This document shows positions 47,334-60,500 of a stretch of DNA of 64,000 nucleotides, in pieces. Origin of the DNA: Macrostomum lignano (lineage: Eukaryota); contig NIVC01001205.1 of assembly GCA_002269645.1 (NCBI GenBank), positions 62,001 to 126,000 of the forward strand, read 5' to 3'. Both the position numbers and the translations under genes were made by a program. A model generated the notes under the pieces. That model saw nothing but the letters and a program-made list of their open reading frames with translations. It was not told the DNA's origin and did no database searches. How positions within the stretch are numbered: position 1 is the first letter of the stretch; each line of letters begins with the position of its first letter.

Positions 47334-47654
47334 ATGGACGATCAAGCCTTTGATCAGTTAATTGCTTTTTTGATTGATGAGGACATTGGCGTTCCCGCGG
47401 AGGTGGCTACGATCGGCCCAAGCGCTGAGGAGCCCATTTTCTTTAACATCATTGAGGCGCCTGATGTACCCTACATGAATTCACCCACAGTCGATCTGTC
47501 GGCTGATGAGATACTCATGCCTGGGCTGCCCATGTCTTATGTGCCTGCTTGTATGTGCGCAATCGATTATCTCCAGAATGGCTTAACTGATTTTCATGAG
47601 ACTTGCACTGCTCGATCAGAAATTTTATTGGGACGGTACATGCATCTTGGCTAA
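47334..47654 (+). CDS. Small acidic ORF whose 3' end runs into a Helitron remnant
   Basis: ATG after a T-rich leader downstream of the + TATA. From ~47547 the sequence is homologous to 49575 onward. Confidence 0.35.
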   Translation: MDDQAFDQLIAFLIDEDIGVPAEVATIGPSAEEPIFFNIIEAPDVPYMNSPTVDLSADEILMPGLPMSYVPACMCAIDYLQNGLTDFHETCTARSEILLGRYMHLG

Positions 47655-48149
47655 GAAATTTCTCGATGCTAAAGGCATTAAATATTCGAAAAACATGCTT
47701 TTTTGCAAAGGTCAAGCAAACTTTTCGACTTGAAATGCATTGTAAGAATGCTAGAGAAAAAACTGACTGGTTGAATTCTGATTCTGAAATAGATTGCATC
47801 ATAACTGAATTGTAACTCCAACTTGAATTGCGTCACAGTATTGAAAATGCAGTGTGGAAGCGTAGCACCAGACTTGATTTAGATTGCGTAACCATATTGT
47901 TAACTGATACTGACTGACTGAGAAATTGATTATGTCATAACTGCCTCGTGTGATTTACTCTATGCTTGGATTTTAAAGTGTTGATTTATATAAGTGCTAA
48001 AATTATGTTACCAAAACGATGAAAGCTAGCCTAGAGGTGAACAGACTGAACTGCTAAATGCAGGGATAGTTCGAATTTTCATAGAGTGGAATTTTTTAAT
48101 TACAGCTTTTTAACGTCAGGAAAACTAAGACTTTTTAAAAAGAAGCCTC

Positions 48150-48540
48150 ATGAAAAAATCATAGAAGCGTCATGTAAAAATCATAAAGGCGTCATGTAAA
48201 AAATTATAGAAGTGTAGAGTAAAAATCATAGAAGCGTCATGAAAAATCATAGAAGCGTCATGTAAACAATCATAGAAGCGTAATATAAACAATCATAGAA
48301 GTGTAAGGTAAAAATTATAGAAACGTCATGTAAAAATCATTGAAGCGTAATGTAAAAATCATAGAAGCATCATGTAAAAATCATAGAAACGTCATGTAAA
48401 GAATCATAGAAGCGTCATGTAAAAATCATAGAAACGTCATGTAAAAATGATAGAAGCGTCATGTAAAAATCAGAAGTGTAAAGTAAAAATCATAGAAGCG
48501 TCATGTAAAAATCATGGAAGCGTCATGTAAAAATCATGTT
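48150..48540. repeat. ~21-bp minisatellite AAAAATCATAGAAGCGTCATGT
   Basis: More than 15 degenerate tandem units. Confidence 0.9.
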
Positions 48541-48856
48541 TATGGGGGGCATCGCTGACATTTCAAGGCTTACGGGAGGAATAGCTGAGATGTCAAAGCT
48601 CACGGGGGTATAAATGAGATTTCAAGGCTAAAGTCAGAAGCTACATGTATTTTATTTCAAACTTTTTATTACATTATTTGTTGGCTCCTCAGGGGAGAGA
48701 TCGCTGATAGAAAAAGCGTAATGTAAAAAATAAAAGAAGCTTCATGTCGCAGTTAAGAGATTCATTTGGGAATCCCTACGATGTCGAGGCTTGCAGGGAA
48801 TCGCTATAATGCTGTAGTAGTGCTATAATAACTCAGAATTACTGAAATTTCAATGC

Positions 48857-49435
48857 TTTAGGGTTAGGTTAGGGTTAGGGTTAGGCTAGGGTTAGGGTTA
48901 GGGTAAGGTGAGGGTTAGAAGGTTGACAGATTTTTTTTAGATTTCAAGGCTTATTGGGGGCATTGCTGAGATGTCAAGGGGGACGTTGATATCTTAAAGC
49001 TTGTGGGGGGGGGGAATTACTGACATTTTAAGGCTTACAAGGGACTTCTGATATATATTGCAAAGAGATTCTACATGTACTTTATTACAAAACTTGTACT
49101 GCATTTTTGTCTCCCCGTTGCTAAGATACTAAGCTAAAAAATACTACTAGCGCTTCACAAACTTATCCAGATGTCAGGCTGTAGGGTTAGTGTTCGGGTT
49201 GGTATTAGGGTTTAGGTTTAGGGTTAGGTTCAGGGTTATTGCGTTAAGATTCGTGTTAGGGTTAGGGTTAGGGTAGCTTATAGCTTAGCTCATGTAGCTT
49301 ATTAAAAATGTTTATCATGGAAGCATCATGCAAAAATAATGGAAGCGTCATGTAAAAATTATAGAAGCATCATGCAAGAACCCATGGACAAAATATTGAA
49401 TTTAGGGTTTTGGTTAGGGTTAGGGTTAGTGTTAG
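48857..49435 (+). repeat. Three short degenerate (TTAGGG)n tracts
   Basis: At ~48857-48918, ~49185-49275 and ~49405-49435, inside the non-autonomous Helitron. Confidence 0.8.
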
Positions 49436-49537
49436 AAGTTTGACAGGAGATTTTTTAAGATTTCAAGGCTACATGTAGCTTATTAAAAAACGTGTATTGC
49501 ATTTCTTTGGCTCCCCAACGGGGGCGTAGATTGCTAG

Positions 49538-50130
49538 TCCATATACTAAAAATGAAATCCATATACTAAAAATGAAAATCTTGTATGTTTGTACGAAATC
49601 GATTTTCTCCTGAATGGCCTGCCCAATTTTCTTCGAACTTGCACTGTTCGATCAGAAATTTTCCCGTGACGGTACATGTGTCTTCGCTAAAAAATTGCTC
49701 AATGCTAAAGGGATTAAATATTCGAAAAACATGCTTTTTTGCAAAGGTCAAGCAAACTTTTCGACTTGAAATGCATTGTAAGAATGCTAGAGAAAAAACT
49801 GACTGGTTGAATTCTGATTCTGAAATAGATTGCATCATAACTGAATTGTAACTCCGACTTGAATTGCGTCACAGTATTGAAAATGCAGTGTGGAAGCGTA
49901 GCACAAGACTTGATTTAGATTGTGTAACCATATTGTTAACTGATACTGACTGACTGAGAAATTGATTATGTCATAACTGCCTCGTGTGATTTGTATGCTA
50001 CTACTTAAATGAAACTTTTTAAATTCATCATTAATTAAAAACAATGAGAGCTAGCCTAGAGGTGAACAGACAGGTGAACAGGTGACCAGTTTGAATTTTA
50101 TGAGAGTAGAGTTTTTTATTAATTAAAGCT
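49538..50130 (+). mobile_element. Second, 3'-truncated copy of the same non-autonomous Helitron, head-to-tail
   Basis: Begins TCCATATACTAAAAATGAAA (duplicated at 49558) immediately after the CTAG of the previous copy. Confidence 0.65.
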
Positions 50131-50400
50131 TTTTTCATTGTAAAATTGTATCAGCTTGCGCGCAGCGAGAGACTTTGCCGTTAATTTTTGTGATTGTGAT
50201 TTTAGAGCTGTGTGCACCCCGTTGGCAGCTAGATAATTACTCGTACTGCCAATATTATTGCACAGACCTGAGACTAATTAAATGTTGAAATTTGGGCTTG
50301 ACTGTGCCGACCTTGGCTCCTACCCCAAACCCTTACCCCCTCAAACTTGAGGCAGGCCAGTGTACATTTCTAGCCCTCTGCTTCCGAATGTACACACATG

Positions 50401-50516
50401 GGGGTCGTACTATAAAGCTGTCGTAGCGTAAGTTCGATCGTACGTCGGAACTTTTGCACTGCGAAGATAGGAGCTAAGATCGATCTTATCTTACGATGGC
50501 TTTATAGAACTGGCCC
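50401..50516. mobile_element. 116-bp Harbinger-like MITE
   Basis: TIRs GGGGTCGTACTATAAAGC and (reverse complement) GGGCCAGTTCTATAAAGC; 3-bp TSD ATG (50398-50400, 50517-50519). Confidence 0.6.
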
Positions 50517-50710
50517 ATGGACTGGAGAGCCCACACCGACTCTGTTGTATCTGTCTTATCGGTTTTTTAGTTTTTACAACAATAGCCTAGCCCTAGGACC
50601 TGATAAATAACTTGTTATTAAGTTTGGTTAGGCACTTACAAGCTCTGATTCTTCAGACATTCAACTCAATCTGTTAAAAACTCTCTTATCATTTCAAGCA
50701 TTTAATTTTA

Positions 50711-53700
50711 TCCATATACTAAAATTCTATTCTATAACTACTATTACTATTACTATTTTAGTATTCTATACTATTACTATTGTAATATGGTTCGACGCGG
50801 TGCCAGCAGTTTAAAGAAGAGTCGCGATGCCAAGCGACGGCGACAGGCTGAATAGGAGGCTGATCGCGAGGCCCGACTGGAAGAAGAACGGCAGCGGGTT
50901 TCTAGGAAACATTTAGAAACATTTCTAGGAATCTGTATATTGCATAGGAGTGTGTTTCTAAGAATCTGTATTTCTATGAATCTGCATTGCAAGAAACGTT
51001 TCTAAGAATCTGTATTTGTAAGAATGTGTTTGTCGGAGTTTTTATATGTGATAATAAGCTTTTCAGAGTCTAAAGTATAACTTCAATCTTTCAGGTTTGG
51101 TAGTGGTGAGTTGGCCACACCACCATTCGATACGCTAAGTGTTGTTCGGATCCCGGGTGATGGGAATTGTTTTTTTTCATGCAGTATGTGACCAGTTTCA
51201 GGGCACTCCGCTTGAAACCAATGCAGCGTCTTTAAGGCATGAGCTGACGTGTCGTGCAGTGCAGGTAATGCCAGAATTGATTGACGAAGGCTTTGTTTTA
51301 CCGGAAAATGCTGATTCTATTATTAATGAGTCTTTTTCTGAAGGCACCTACGTTCCTGATGAAGTTGTGCCACTTTTAAGCCGGTTTTTTAATGTTGACC
51401 TCGTTATTTATCAGGCAAATGACAGTGTATTGCAGTACTGTATGTCTACTGTGCAGCCACCCACTGCAATTGTACGCATCATTTTACGTCATGAGCACTA
51501 TGAGTCGTTGCGCGTGACTGATCCACTACCAGTTTCCGAGCCCGTTGCAGATGCAGAGGCGCCGAGTTTCACGGAGCAGAGGGCAGATCTTTCCGATTTA
51601 GGTCATTTTGGTGCAGGTCATTCTGATGTAGGATCTGCTCTAAATAGGTAGGCTTATTTGTGCTGCTGGTCAGTGTAATTTTTTATATTTTAGTTTTTAT
51701 ATTTACACTTTACATTTCATAAATTTTGGCAGTCTATATTATAGTAACCATTTGTGCATGCATATACGAGTAACTCGATCACAGGCCTGACAGAATACAA
51801 AGGCCAGAGGCCCCGGCCCATGACTGCAGCCCAATGAACAGGGCATGCCTGGAATGCGGTGCTCTACTCTGGCGCGTGGAGACCAGGAATTTCTGCTGCG
51901 CCAAAGGCAAGGTGAAGCTGCCAGGCCGCACCGTGCCTCAAGTGCTGGCGGATCTGTACATGGGGCGGCACAGATTGAGTGCCGCATTCCTGGCCAACAT
52001 CAGGAGCTACAACTCGGCGCTGCACCTGACCTCTCTGGGTGCGAAACTGCGGTTGGTGCCAGGCTGGTGTCCAAGCTTCATCATCAGCGGCCAGATGCAT
52101 CACGCACGGCGCCGCTGTTTGCAGAGGCTTCGGCTGAAGCTCAGGGATAGCAGGTGTATTTCAACGATCGCGAACTCGAAAGCCGCCTGAGTCTCAGCCA
52201 GAAGGTGAAGCCGGAGCTACTGGAGCTGCTGCAGACGCTGCTTCACGAATGCAACGTCTATGTCCGCAGCCTGAAGGCTGCCGCTGAGCGAATTAGCCAA
52301 GACCCGGAGCTGGGAGATGCGCGAATTGTGATTCACCCTGACCGTCGACCATCTGGGGAACACATTCGGTAAGTTAGTTTGTTTATTATAACGAAACTTA
52401 AAAATGTAAACGAAAGCGAAAATAAAATGAAATTATGATTTTGATTGTAACTCGGACTCGAAAAAATGCTTAATAAGTCATTCAATTTGATTCAATTTGT
52501 ATCCCACAAACTCTGTTCAAAATCAGGCGCTACAACTTGCCTACGGCAAATGAGGTCGGTATCCTGATCGTTGAGGATAATGAGGACGCACCGGCCAGTC
52601 GGGATGTCGTGATTCAGCTGCGTGGGGGCGGTTCCCAGCGAATCACCGAGACGCACCGCTCATATGACCCGCTGGAGTATGTGCTGCTGTTCCCGAATGG
52701 CGAGGACGGATGGCACCCAGAGTTGCGGATAAGTAATGGCAAGAAATTGACGCCCATGAAATACTATGCGAGCGAAATCATGGTGCGAGCGGGCCAGTTC
52801 AGTGTGCTGCACTATGGCCGAAGATTATTTCAGCAGTACCTGGTGGACATGTGTGCTAAGATTGAGGCAGAGAGGCTGCTGTATTTGCGGACCCATCAAC
52901 AGGACCTGCGCAGCGAGACGTATAGCGGTCTGCGGGACGCTTTGTTTGCAGCTGATGGCAGGTCTACTGACAGAGATCCGAGTGACATAGGCAAGCCCGC
53001 ACATGTGCTTCTGTCCTCAAGCTTTGTTGGCGGGCCAAGGTACCTGATGGAGAGACTGCAGGACGCTATGACATATGTTCACAAGTTCGGTAAGCCGGAC
53101 CTGTTTGTCACGGCAACATGCAATCCGAGTTGGCCGGAGATCAGCGCCCAGCTGCTGCCTGGACAGCGGGCTGAAGACCGGCCGGACATTGTTAGCCGAG
53201 TCTTTGAAATAAAGAAGAAAGCTCTGCTGGCCCAGCTAACGAAGCGCTATGGGAAAGAGGCCGCGCACGTCTGCTCGCTAGAGTATCAAAAGCGTGGTGA
53301 GTGCAAGTCTGAGTATCAAGTTTTGTAATATTTATATATCGTTACAAAAATACTAAATATAGGCAGGGTTTGTGTGATGCAAATTCGATACAAGTTGGAT
53401 TATTAGATTGCAAGATGTCTTGATACTTTTCTTGATACTCCAGGTCTCCCCTATGTGCACTTTCTGCTGTGGCTCGCGAGCGGCCAGCGGGTGACTCCGG
53501 ACCGATACGATGACATCGTGTCTGCTGAGATTCCGGACCCACAACAGCAGCCTGTGCTGTATGAGCTGGTGAAGACGCACATGATCCATGGCCCCTGCGG
53601 CAAGGACAATGCAGCGTGCCCGTGCATGGAGAATGGCGAATGCAGCAAGGGCTTTCCGAAGGAGTTCCAGCAGGTGACGCTGACCAGCGATAGTAGCTAC

Positions 53701-55760
53701 CCTTTGTATCGCAGACGGTCGCCTGAGATGGGCGGATTTACGGTGGACAAACTGTTAAAGGCCGGAGCATTGGCATGGACAGCAGGCGAGTTAAAATAAT
53801 AGTAAATTGCCCGGTGGTATTTTGCTTTTGTATTTTTAAAAGTTTATAACAATAATTATTTCATAATAATCTAGGTGGGTTGTTCCATACAGCCCTGACC
53901 TGTTGCTTCAGTTTGCGTGCCACATGAACGTTGAAGTTTGTGCCACTGTGAAGTCGGTCAAATACGTGATCAAGTACTTGCTGAAGGGCGGCGACATGGC
54001 GACGTTCAAAGTCGATGCCAATAAGAATTCAACTGATCCGAGAGAGCAGGCTGTGGGTAGCCAACAGCCGGCACAAATGGCAGCGGCAAACGACGGAGAG
54101 AGGCCGCGTGATGAAATCAAGGCGTATCTGTCTGCGCGCTACATTGGCCCAATGGAAGCCGTGAATACTATTTTGGGCTTTGATGTAATTTTAAATTTTA
54201 AATATTGCAAAGCTGTGATTTAAGTAGTCAGCAACAACTTGAAAGCTATTTATTTCTCCCACCTTCTGATCAGGTGCACGACAGATTTCCGGCGGTCATC
54301 CGGCTCTGCGTTCACAAGTCGGAGGAGCAGCTCGTGTATTTCAACGAGCAGACCGCAAGTGCTAGAGCCAGGACGCCGAGGGACTCTACGCTGACGGCAT
54401 TTTTCAAGCTGTGTCGTACTGACGAGTTTGCTCGGTCCTTGCTGTACACGGAAGTGCCGTCCTACTTCGTTTGGCATGCCAGTGAAAGAGTGTGGCGGCG
54501 AGCGAAGCGAGGCGCCAAAGTCGATGGCCACCCGGGTGTAGTGCGGAACACAAACGTTGCACGCATGTACACGGTGAGCCCAAGAACTGGTGATTTATTT
54601 TATGTTCGCATGCTCCTTTTGCAGGTTAGGGGACCAACCAGCTTTGAGGCGCTGCAGACCGTGGACGGCGTTGTGCACCCGAGCGCCAAGGCTGCTTGCA
54701 TGGCCCTCGGCCTGCTGCAGCGAGATGACCACTGGCGGCGGTGCCTAGCTGAGGCCGTTCAGTCAAGAATGCCAAGAGCCTTGAGACACCTTCTGGCTGT
54801 CATTCTCATATGGGGCGACCCTGAGGATGGCAATGACCTCTGGTGCAGCTTTGCCGAGGATATGTGCGAGGACCTGCGGTTTCATCACCGAGACTTGAGC
54901 ACCGAGGAGATAACTGACCTGGCGCTGCGCGAGCTGCAGAGCATGCTGACCTCCATGGGCGGGAACAGCCCATGGATGGACCGAGATTGACCGAGAGTCA
55001 AGATGGACCGATGCAGTTCGATGCGGTCGAGCAAGCGCAGATTACTGAGGCGCGCTTACCAATGCTGACAGATGAGCAGAAAGCAGTGTACGAATCAGTG
55101 ACTGAGGATCTTGTGAGCGGCAACGGCGGCTTGCACTTCCTGGACGCGCCCGCTGGCACTGGCAAGACCTTCCTGCTGGAGGTTTTGCTGGCCTTCGTGC
55201 GCAGCCGGGGTGAAGTCGCCCTCGCCGTTGCGGCTTCTGGAATCGCAGCGACTCTGTTGCCAGGTGGGCAGACTGCGCATTCCACGTGAGTTGCTTACTA
55301 TCTGACTAAGCCGCATTGTTCCGCTGTACATGATTGCGCCGAAACCAACTGTTCATGACAGGTTCAAGATCCCTATCCGGGCAGTCCGCTCTAACAAGGA
55401 CGTCTGCTCTGTTGGAGCGCAGTCCAAACAAGCCGCTGTGTTTCGGACAGCGCGTCTAATTGTCTGGGACGAGATTTCCATGACTAACCGGAAAGATTTG
55501 GAGGCAGTCGACCGGTGCTTGCGAGACGTGCGAAAGCAGGACGTGCCATTCGGCGGACTGTTGTTTGTTTCCGCTGGTGACTTTCGCCAGCTCTTGCCAG
55601 TTGTTCTGAATGGGACGCGCGCGAATAACGTTATGGCGTGTGTCAGTAGATCCTCGCTGTGGAAATTTTTCCGGCGGCATCGTTTGACGAGAAACATCCG
55701 ATTGCTGAGCAGCTCCGATTCTGCAACGTATGTGAAGTACACCGAGCTACTCAAGCAGGT
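50711..55760 (+). mobile_element. Autonomous-type Helitron, 3'-truncated
   Basis: A|TCCATATACTAAAA 5' terminus shared with the non-autonomous copies, followed by a spliced RepHel gene. No 3' hairpin-CTAG was found. Confidence 0.85.
50787..55758 (+). pseudogene. Multi-exon OTU-Rep(HUH)-Pif1 helicase (RepHel), damaged and lacking the helicase C-terminus
   Basis: RIPGDGNCFF and HYES (OTU); CCAKGKVKLP; FGKPDLFVTATCNP; EYQKRG/LPYVHFLLW; KYVIKY; LDAPAGTGKTF; IVWDEISM; GDFRQLLPV. GT-AG introns at e.g. 52369, 53297 and 55759. Confidence 0.9.
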
Positions 55761-55849
55761 TAGTTTGGTGTCTGTTGACTTTAATATGTAACAAATTTTC
55801 TTTTTAAGATATCTTAATCTTAAATAAGATATTTATTTAAGAGATCTTA

Positions 55850-56270
55850 AACAAGCAGGCTGCTGCTGTCACTTGTGCTGCTGTCACTTGTGCTGCTGTC
55901 ACTTGTGCTGCTGTCACTTGTGCTGCTGTCACTTGTGCTGCTGTCACTTGTGCTGCTGTCACTTGTGCTGCTGTCACTTGTGCTGCTGCTGTTGCTTGTG
56001 CTGCTGCCGTCACTTGTGCTGTTGCTCGTGCTGCTGCCGTCACTTATGCTGTCACTTGTGCTGCTGTCACTTGTGCTGTTGCTTGTGCTGCTGCTGTCAC
56101 TTGTGCTGCTGTCACTTGTGCTGTTGCTTGTGCTGCTGCTGTCACTTGTGCTGCTGTCACTTGTGCTGTTGCTTCTGCTCTGCTTCTCCTGCTCCTGCTG
56201 CTGTTGCCGCGTCTCCTGTTGCCCCTGCTGCTTCTCCTGCTGCTCCTGCTGCTGTTGCTGGCGGACGTAA
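55850..56270. repeat. 15-bp minisatellite GCTGCTGTCACTTGT grading into CTG-rich repeats
   Basis: Tandem units visible; source of the CCCHL/QVTAA ORFs. Confidence 0.9.
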
Positions 56271-57540
56271 TTACGTAGTGCATTGCATTTGGCTACTTTG
56301 TGGTCGGTGCCTCCGCAGGAGTATCAGGCCACAGCTATGAAAGGAAGTAAGGATGGTTAAATTGTTGATTTTAGAATAAAAACAGTATGTTTGATTGGTA
56401 CGCAAGTCCGGAAGTAAAATGAAATTTCGGTTCGTATAAAAGAATAATTTGTTTTGTTTTTGTTTGCTTCTCAGAATAAAGAAGATGAAAAAAAGCAAAT
56501 TCAAGGTTTAAATTATAATGTAGTATTGGGCATTAACCGAGAATGTATTAAAATGCACGGACTGAATGATATTAAGAAAGAAGCCCTGTATAAAAATGAG
56601 ATTTTGGTTCCTAAGAATGATGGTATAATCTCAATCAATATTAAATCAATGTATTGATTCAATGCATGAAGGTATTGAATCAGTGATGGTATAACCTCAT
56701 AATGATATATATATATTCTTGATTGGTTGGCGATTGATTGGCGATTGATTGGTTTGTTTGCTGCTTAGAGTCAAGAGGAAGAAAGAAAGCAAGTTCTAGG
56801 AGGTTGGTAATTAAATGATAAAGTAGTAACCAACAATGTATGCAATACTTACGTTTTCGGTGATGGGGCGGGCGGCGCTGGTGAGTCTTTTCTACGATAG
56901 TTACTTTCATTGTACGAGCTATATCCAAATCCAATATACTAAAATAAATACTGATAATATATTTACTATATATATATATTGGATATCATAAGTTGGCGTA
57001 GAGTAAGAATCTACAATATATACAGCAAAACTTTCTGGGGTGGATTGGTGCTGGCCCAACCCGATTGGCCGTTTCGTGTGGGGATTAGCCACTCAGGGCT
57101 GAGGTGGACAAATGAAGCTAAGCAAGAGTGACGGCAGTGGCTGGACGGGTTGGGGCTGAGCTATGCACGGCTTAGGGGTGAAGCTCACACTGGACAGAGA
57201 GAAGGGGTGAGAGCGCAGTTTTGATTGGGTGACTTAAGCCAAGCTGGGCCTGGGGAGATTGAATCAAAACCAGTTTGAAGCGGTAAACAACACAGAATAC
57301 CCTGCACTTTTTAATTGTTGCTACTTTCTTAGTCATTGCAATGACTCAGGTGTAAACTCCGGGGTTATGGTTGATTGCAAGCAAGAATTAGGAGGGGTGG
57401 TGGAGGTAGGCGGGAGATTATATAGCTAATGAGACGGCGGCTACAAACAGAGAAAAGAATAAGAAGACTGAATTAGATAGAGAAGAGGGTGAGAAAATGG
57501 AGTAAACACAGACAAGTTCAGATTAACTGGATAAATGACT

Positions 57541-60500
57541 TAAGAGTTTAATGCATGATTTGGCAGTTGCACGAAGAAGTACGAAAGCCACAGTGGGCGA
57601 GACGATGTTATTTATTTAATATTTAGTCGGCTACTGCATTGCGTGGGGTGGTGGTCGTAAATGTACACTTTGCTTACTACGAGTACAGATAAGGGGGCGA
57701 GAGTTAGAGAGAGAAAGCCGGCTGACGTACGGACCCGGAAAAATGGGGTGGGCGCTCTATAGCAAATCAATGGCTCACATCTCTCCTCAACGCAGAAAAG
57801 AAAATCACTTTTGAAAACTCGATGCTTGCATTCGAAGCGCGAGGAGACTCGAACGACATACCGATTGCAGGGGAAATAAAATATTGGTTGCCGCTGACCA
57901 TTGAATAAAAAAAAACAACGGATGCAGCCGGAATAAAAGCATTTCGAGAAACGAAAACAACGCAAAAGGTTACAAAAGACATTTAACAGTTTCAAACATT
58001 TTTAAACAGTTGCGACGGATTTCAAGACTAGCAAATCACCCCCCCCCTCGATCAAGTGTAGACTTTGAATCCCTCCTTCGCCGCTCTCGGATGCGGGGTG
58101 CGGGCGATCGGCACGTTCTGCTCGACGTCGGCGGGGCCGGCAGCGTCGGGTGCCGCCGCCTGCGGCTCCACCAGGTCGGGCTCCGGTGGCAGCGCCTTCA
58201 GGGCCGTGCAGTGTCGCCGACAAGTGGCCTGACCGCGCCGTAGCTGCAGCGAGTTGCGTTGCACTTTGGTCACAGTCCAGGGCTCGCTCTCAAATGGGGT
58301 TTGGCCCTTCAGCGGGTTGACGCGTTTCCGCAGCACCTGGTCGCCGACCGCGTAGTTGTGCTCTCTTGGTCTTCGAGCAGCGTCGGCGTGCCGCTTCATC
58401 GTCAGCTTCTGCTTGCGGTCGTGCTCCCGCAGCTCCTTGTCGTTGATGCGCACCCGCGCTGGTGGCCGCCGGCCGGGGACGCCGTTGCCCAAAGCGCGGC
58501 CCATCAGCAGCTCCGCGGGTGCGCGTCCGGTTGTGGCGTGTGGCGCCGTCCGGTACGCCAGAATCCACTCGTCCAGAGCCTCGCGCCAGTCCCTGCTCTC
58601 CGCGATTGCAGCGCGGACGACCTTGTTGATCGATCTGTTCAGGCGCTCGGTCATGCCGTTGGCCGCAGGGTAGAGCGGAGTGATGGCCCGGTGTCGAATT
58701 CCGAAGCTCCTGAGGAAATCCTTGAACTGCGCCGACGAGAATGGAGGCCCATTGTCCGTAACGAGCTCCTCTGGGATGCCGAACCTGCAGAATGATTCCC
58801 GCAGCTTCGGGATGACTGCCTCCGCTGTAGTAGACTGCATGACCTGCACCTCGGGATACCGGGAGTTGTGATCCACGCAGACGAGCAGCATCTTGTTCTG
58901 CACCGGACCGAGGAAGTCGGCGCCAATCGACAGCCAGGCGCCCTTGGGGATGCTGGACGACTGCAGTGGCGTCGCGCTGACTGTCGGCTTATGTGATGTC
59001 ATGATGCAGCTGCGGCAACTGCTGACGGCCTTGTCCGCATCTGCGCTCATCTTTGGCCACCAGACTTTGCTGCTCAGCCTGGCCAGTGTCTTCCGCAGTC
59101 CCAGGTGTCCGGCATGTGCGAGGCGCAACATTGTCTCCCGGAGGCTGCTTGGCACCACAATCCTGTCCCGCCGAAGCAGCACTCCGTCCTCCTCAGCAAG
59201 CTCGTCTCGTAGTGCATACAGTGACCTCAGCTCCGGGTGGCCGAGGTCCCACCTGGCTCCCTGGATGGCGGCGATTGCGGCTTTGATCAGCGGGTCAGCC
59301 TGCGAGTGCCGCCTGATGTCCTCTACTGTGAGCGCTCTCGGCACCGCGGCCTGCAGTACCGCGCCGATGCTGGCGGAGTTCTGCTGTGCATCTTTGTTGT
59401 GCCCGGATGTCGCTAGCGGTTGTCGGCTGAGGATGTCTGCCGCATTCTGGGGCCCTGGGCGATACACCACCTTGAAGTTCATGTGCTGAATCTGCAGAGC
59501 CATTCGCTCGACTCTAGGAGGCGGCCTCGACCCTGGCGCCAGCATGTTGACCAACGGCCTGTGGTCCGTGATCACATCGAATCGAGGTGCGCCGTGCAGG
59601 TAGTATTGGAATCGGAGACATCCGCATTTCACTGCCAGCGCCTCCTTTTCGGTCTGTGAGTATCTGGACTCTACATCGGAGAGCGACCGGCTGGCATAGG
59701 CCACTGGTCTTGAAGTGCCATCTTCTCGCCGCTGCGCCAAGATGGCTCCGAGTCCCCTCGGACCGGCGTCGACTATGAGCTCGGTTCGCAGTCTCTGGTC
59801 GAAGAAGCTAAGGGCGCCGGCTTCCGTGATCTGCTGTTTCAGCTGCTTGAAAGCGGCGTCTTCAGCTTCGCTCCATCTCCAGACCGCGCCTTTCTTCGTC
59901 AGGCGCCGCAGTGGCTCAGCGATTTTTGACAGCTGCGGTGTGAACACAGCCAGGTAGTTGACAAGGCCTAGAAATGACCTCACCTGGCTGGTGGTCTCTG
60001 GAGCCTTGAATGCCTTGACTGTCTCGATCTTGTCTTCGGTGGGTTGCACTCCACTGGCTGAGAGCTGCATGCCCATGAATGTGATCTTGTCTCTGGCTAG
60101 CTTGCACTTTCCGGGATTGAGCGTGACGCCGTGCTGCTGGAGGCGGGCGAGGCATGCTGCCAGATTCCTGTTGTGCTCCTCCAAGGAGTTCCCGAAAACA
60201 ACGATGTCGTCATGAATCCACTTGACCTTGTCGAGTCCAGCCAGGATGCCTGACATGACGACTTGGAGGATTTCCTGAGCCGTGGAGAGGCCCATGCACA
60301 ACCGCTTGAGCCGTCGCAGCCCCCGTGGTGTCGAGAAGGTCAGCAGGTTCCTGTAGCTTTCCGCCACAAGGATCTGGTAGAAAGCCTTGGCAACATCCAG
60401 CTCCGAGAAGACTTTGGCGCCTGCCATGCACCCAGTCACCTCCTCGAAAGTTGGGATTTGATGTCGCTCCCTGATGACAAACCTGTTGACATCTCGGAGG

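Larger units (their letters stand above)
47547..49537 (+). mobile_element. Non-autonomous Helitron carrying minisatellites and TTAGGG tracts
   Basis: 3' end CCCC-aac-GGGG hairpin followed by CTAG (49534-49537). The first ~450 bp are duplicated at 49575-50000. Confidence 0.7.

Noticed and set aside
48857-49435. True telomere or chromosome-fusion site
   Set aside because: Tracts are short, degenerate, all in one orientation and embedded in a Helitron; there is no head-to-head junction.
55837-56340. Cys-rich metallothionein-like (CCCHL) or Leu-rich ORFs
   Set aside because: Pure 15-bp minisatellite, open in several frames.
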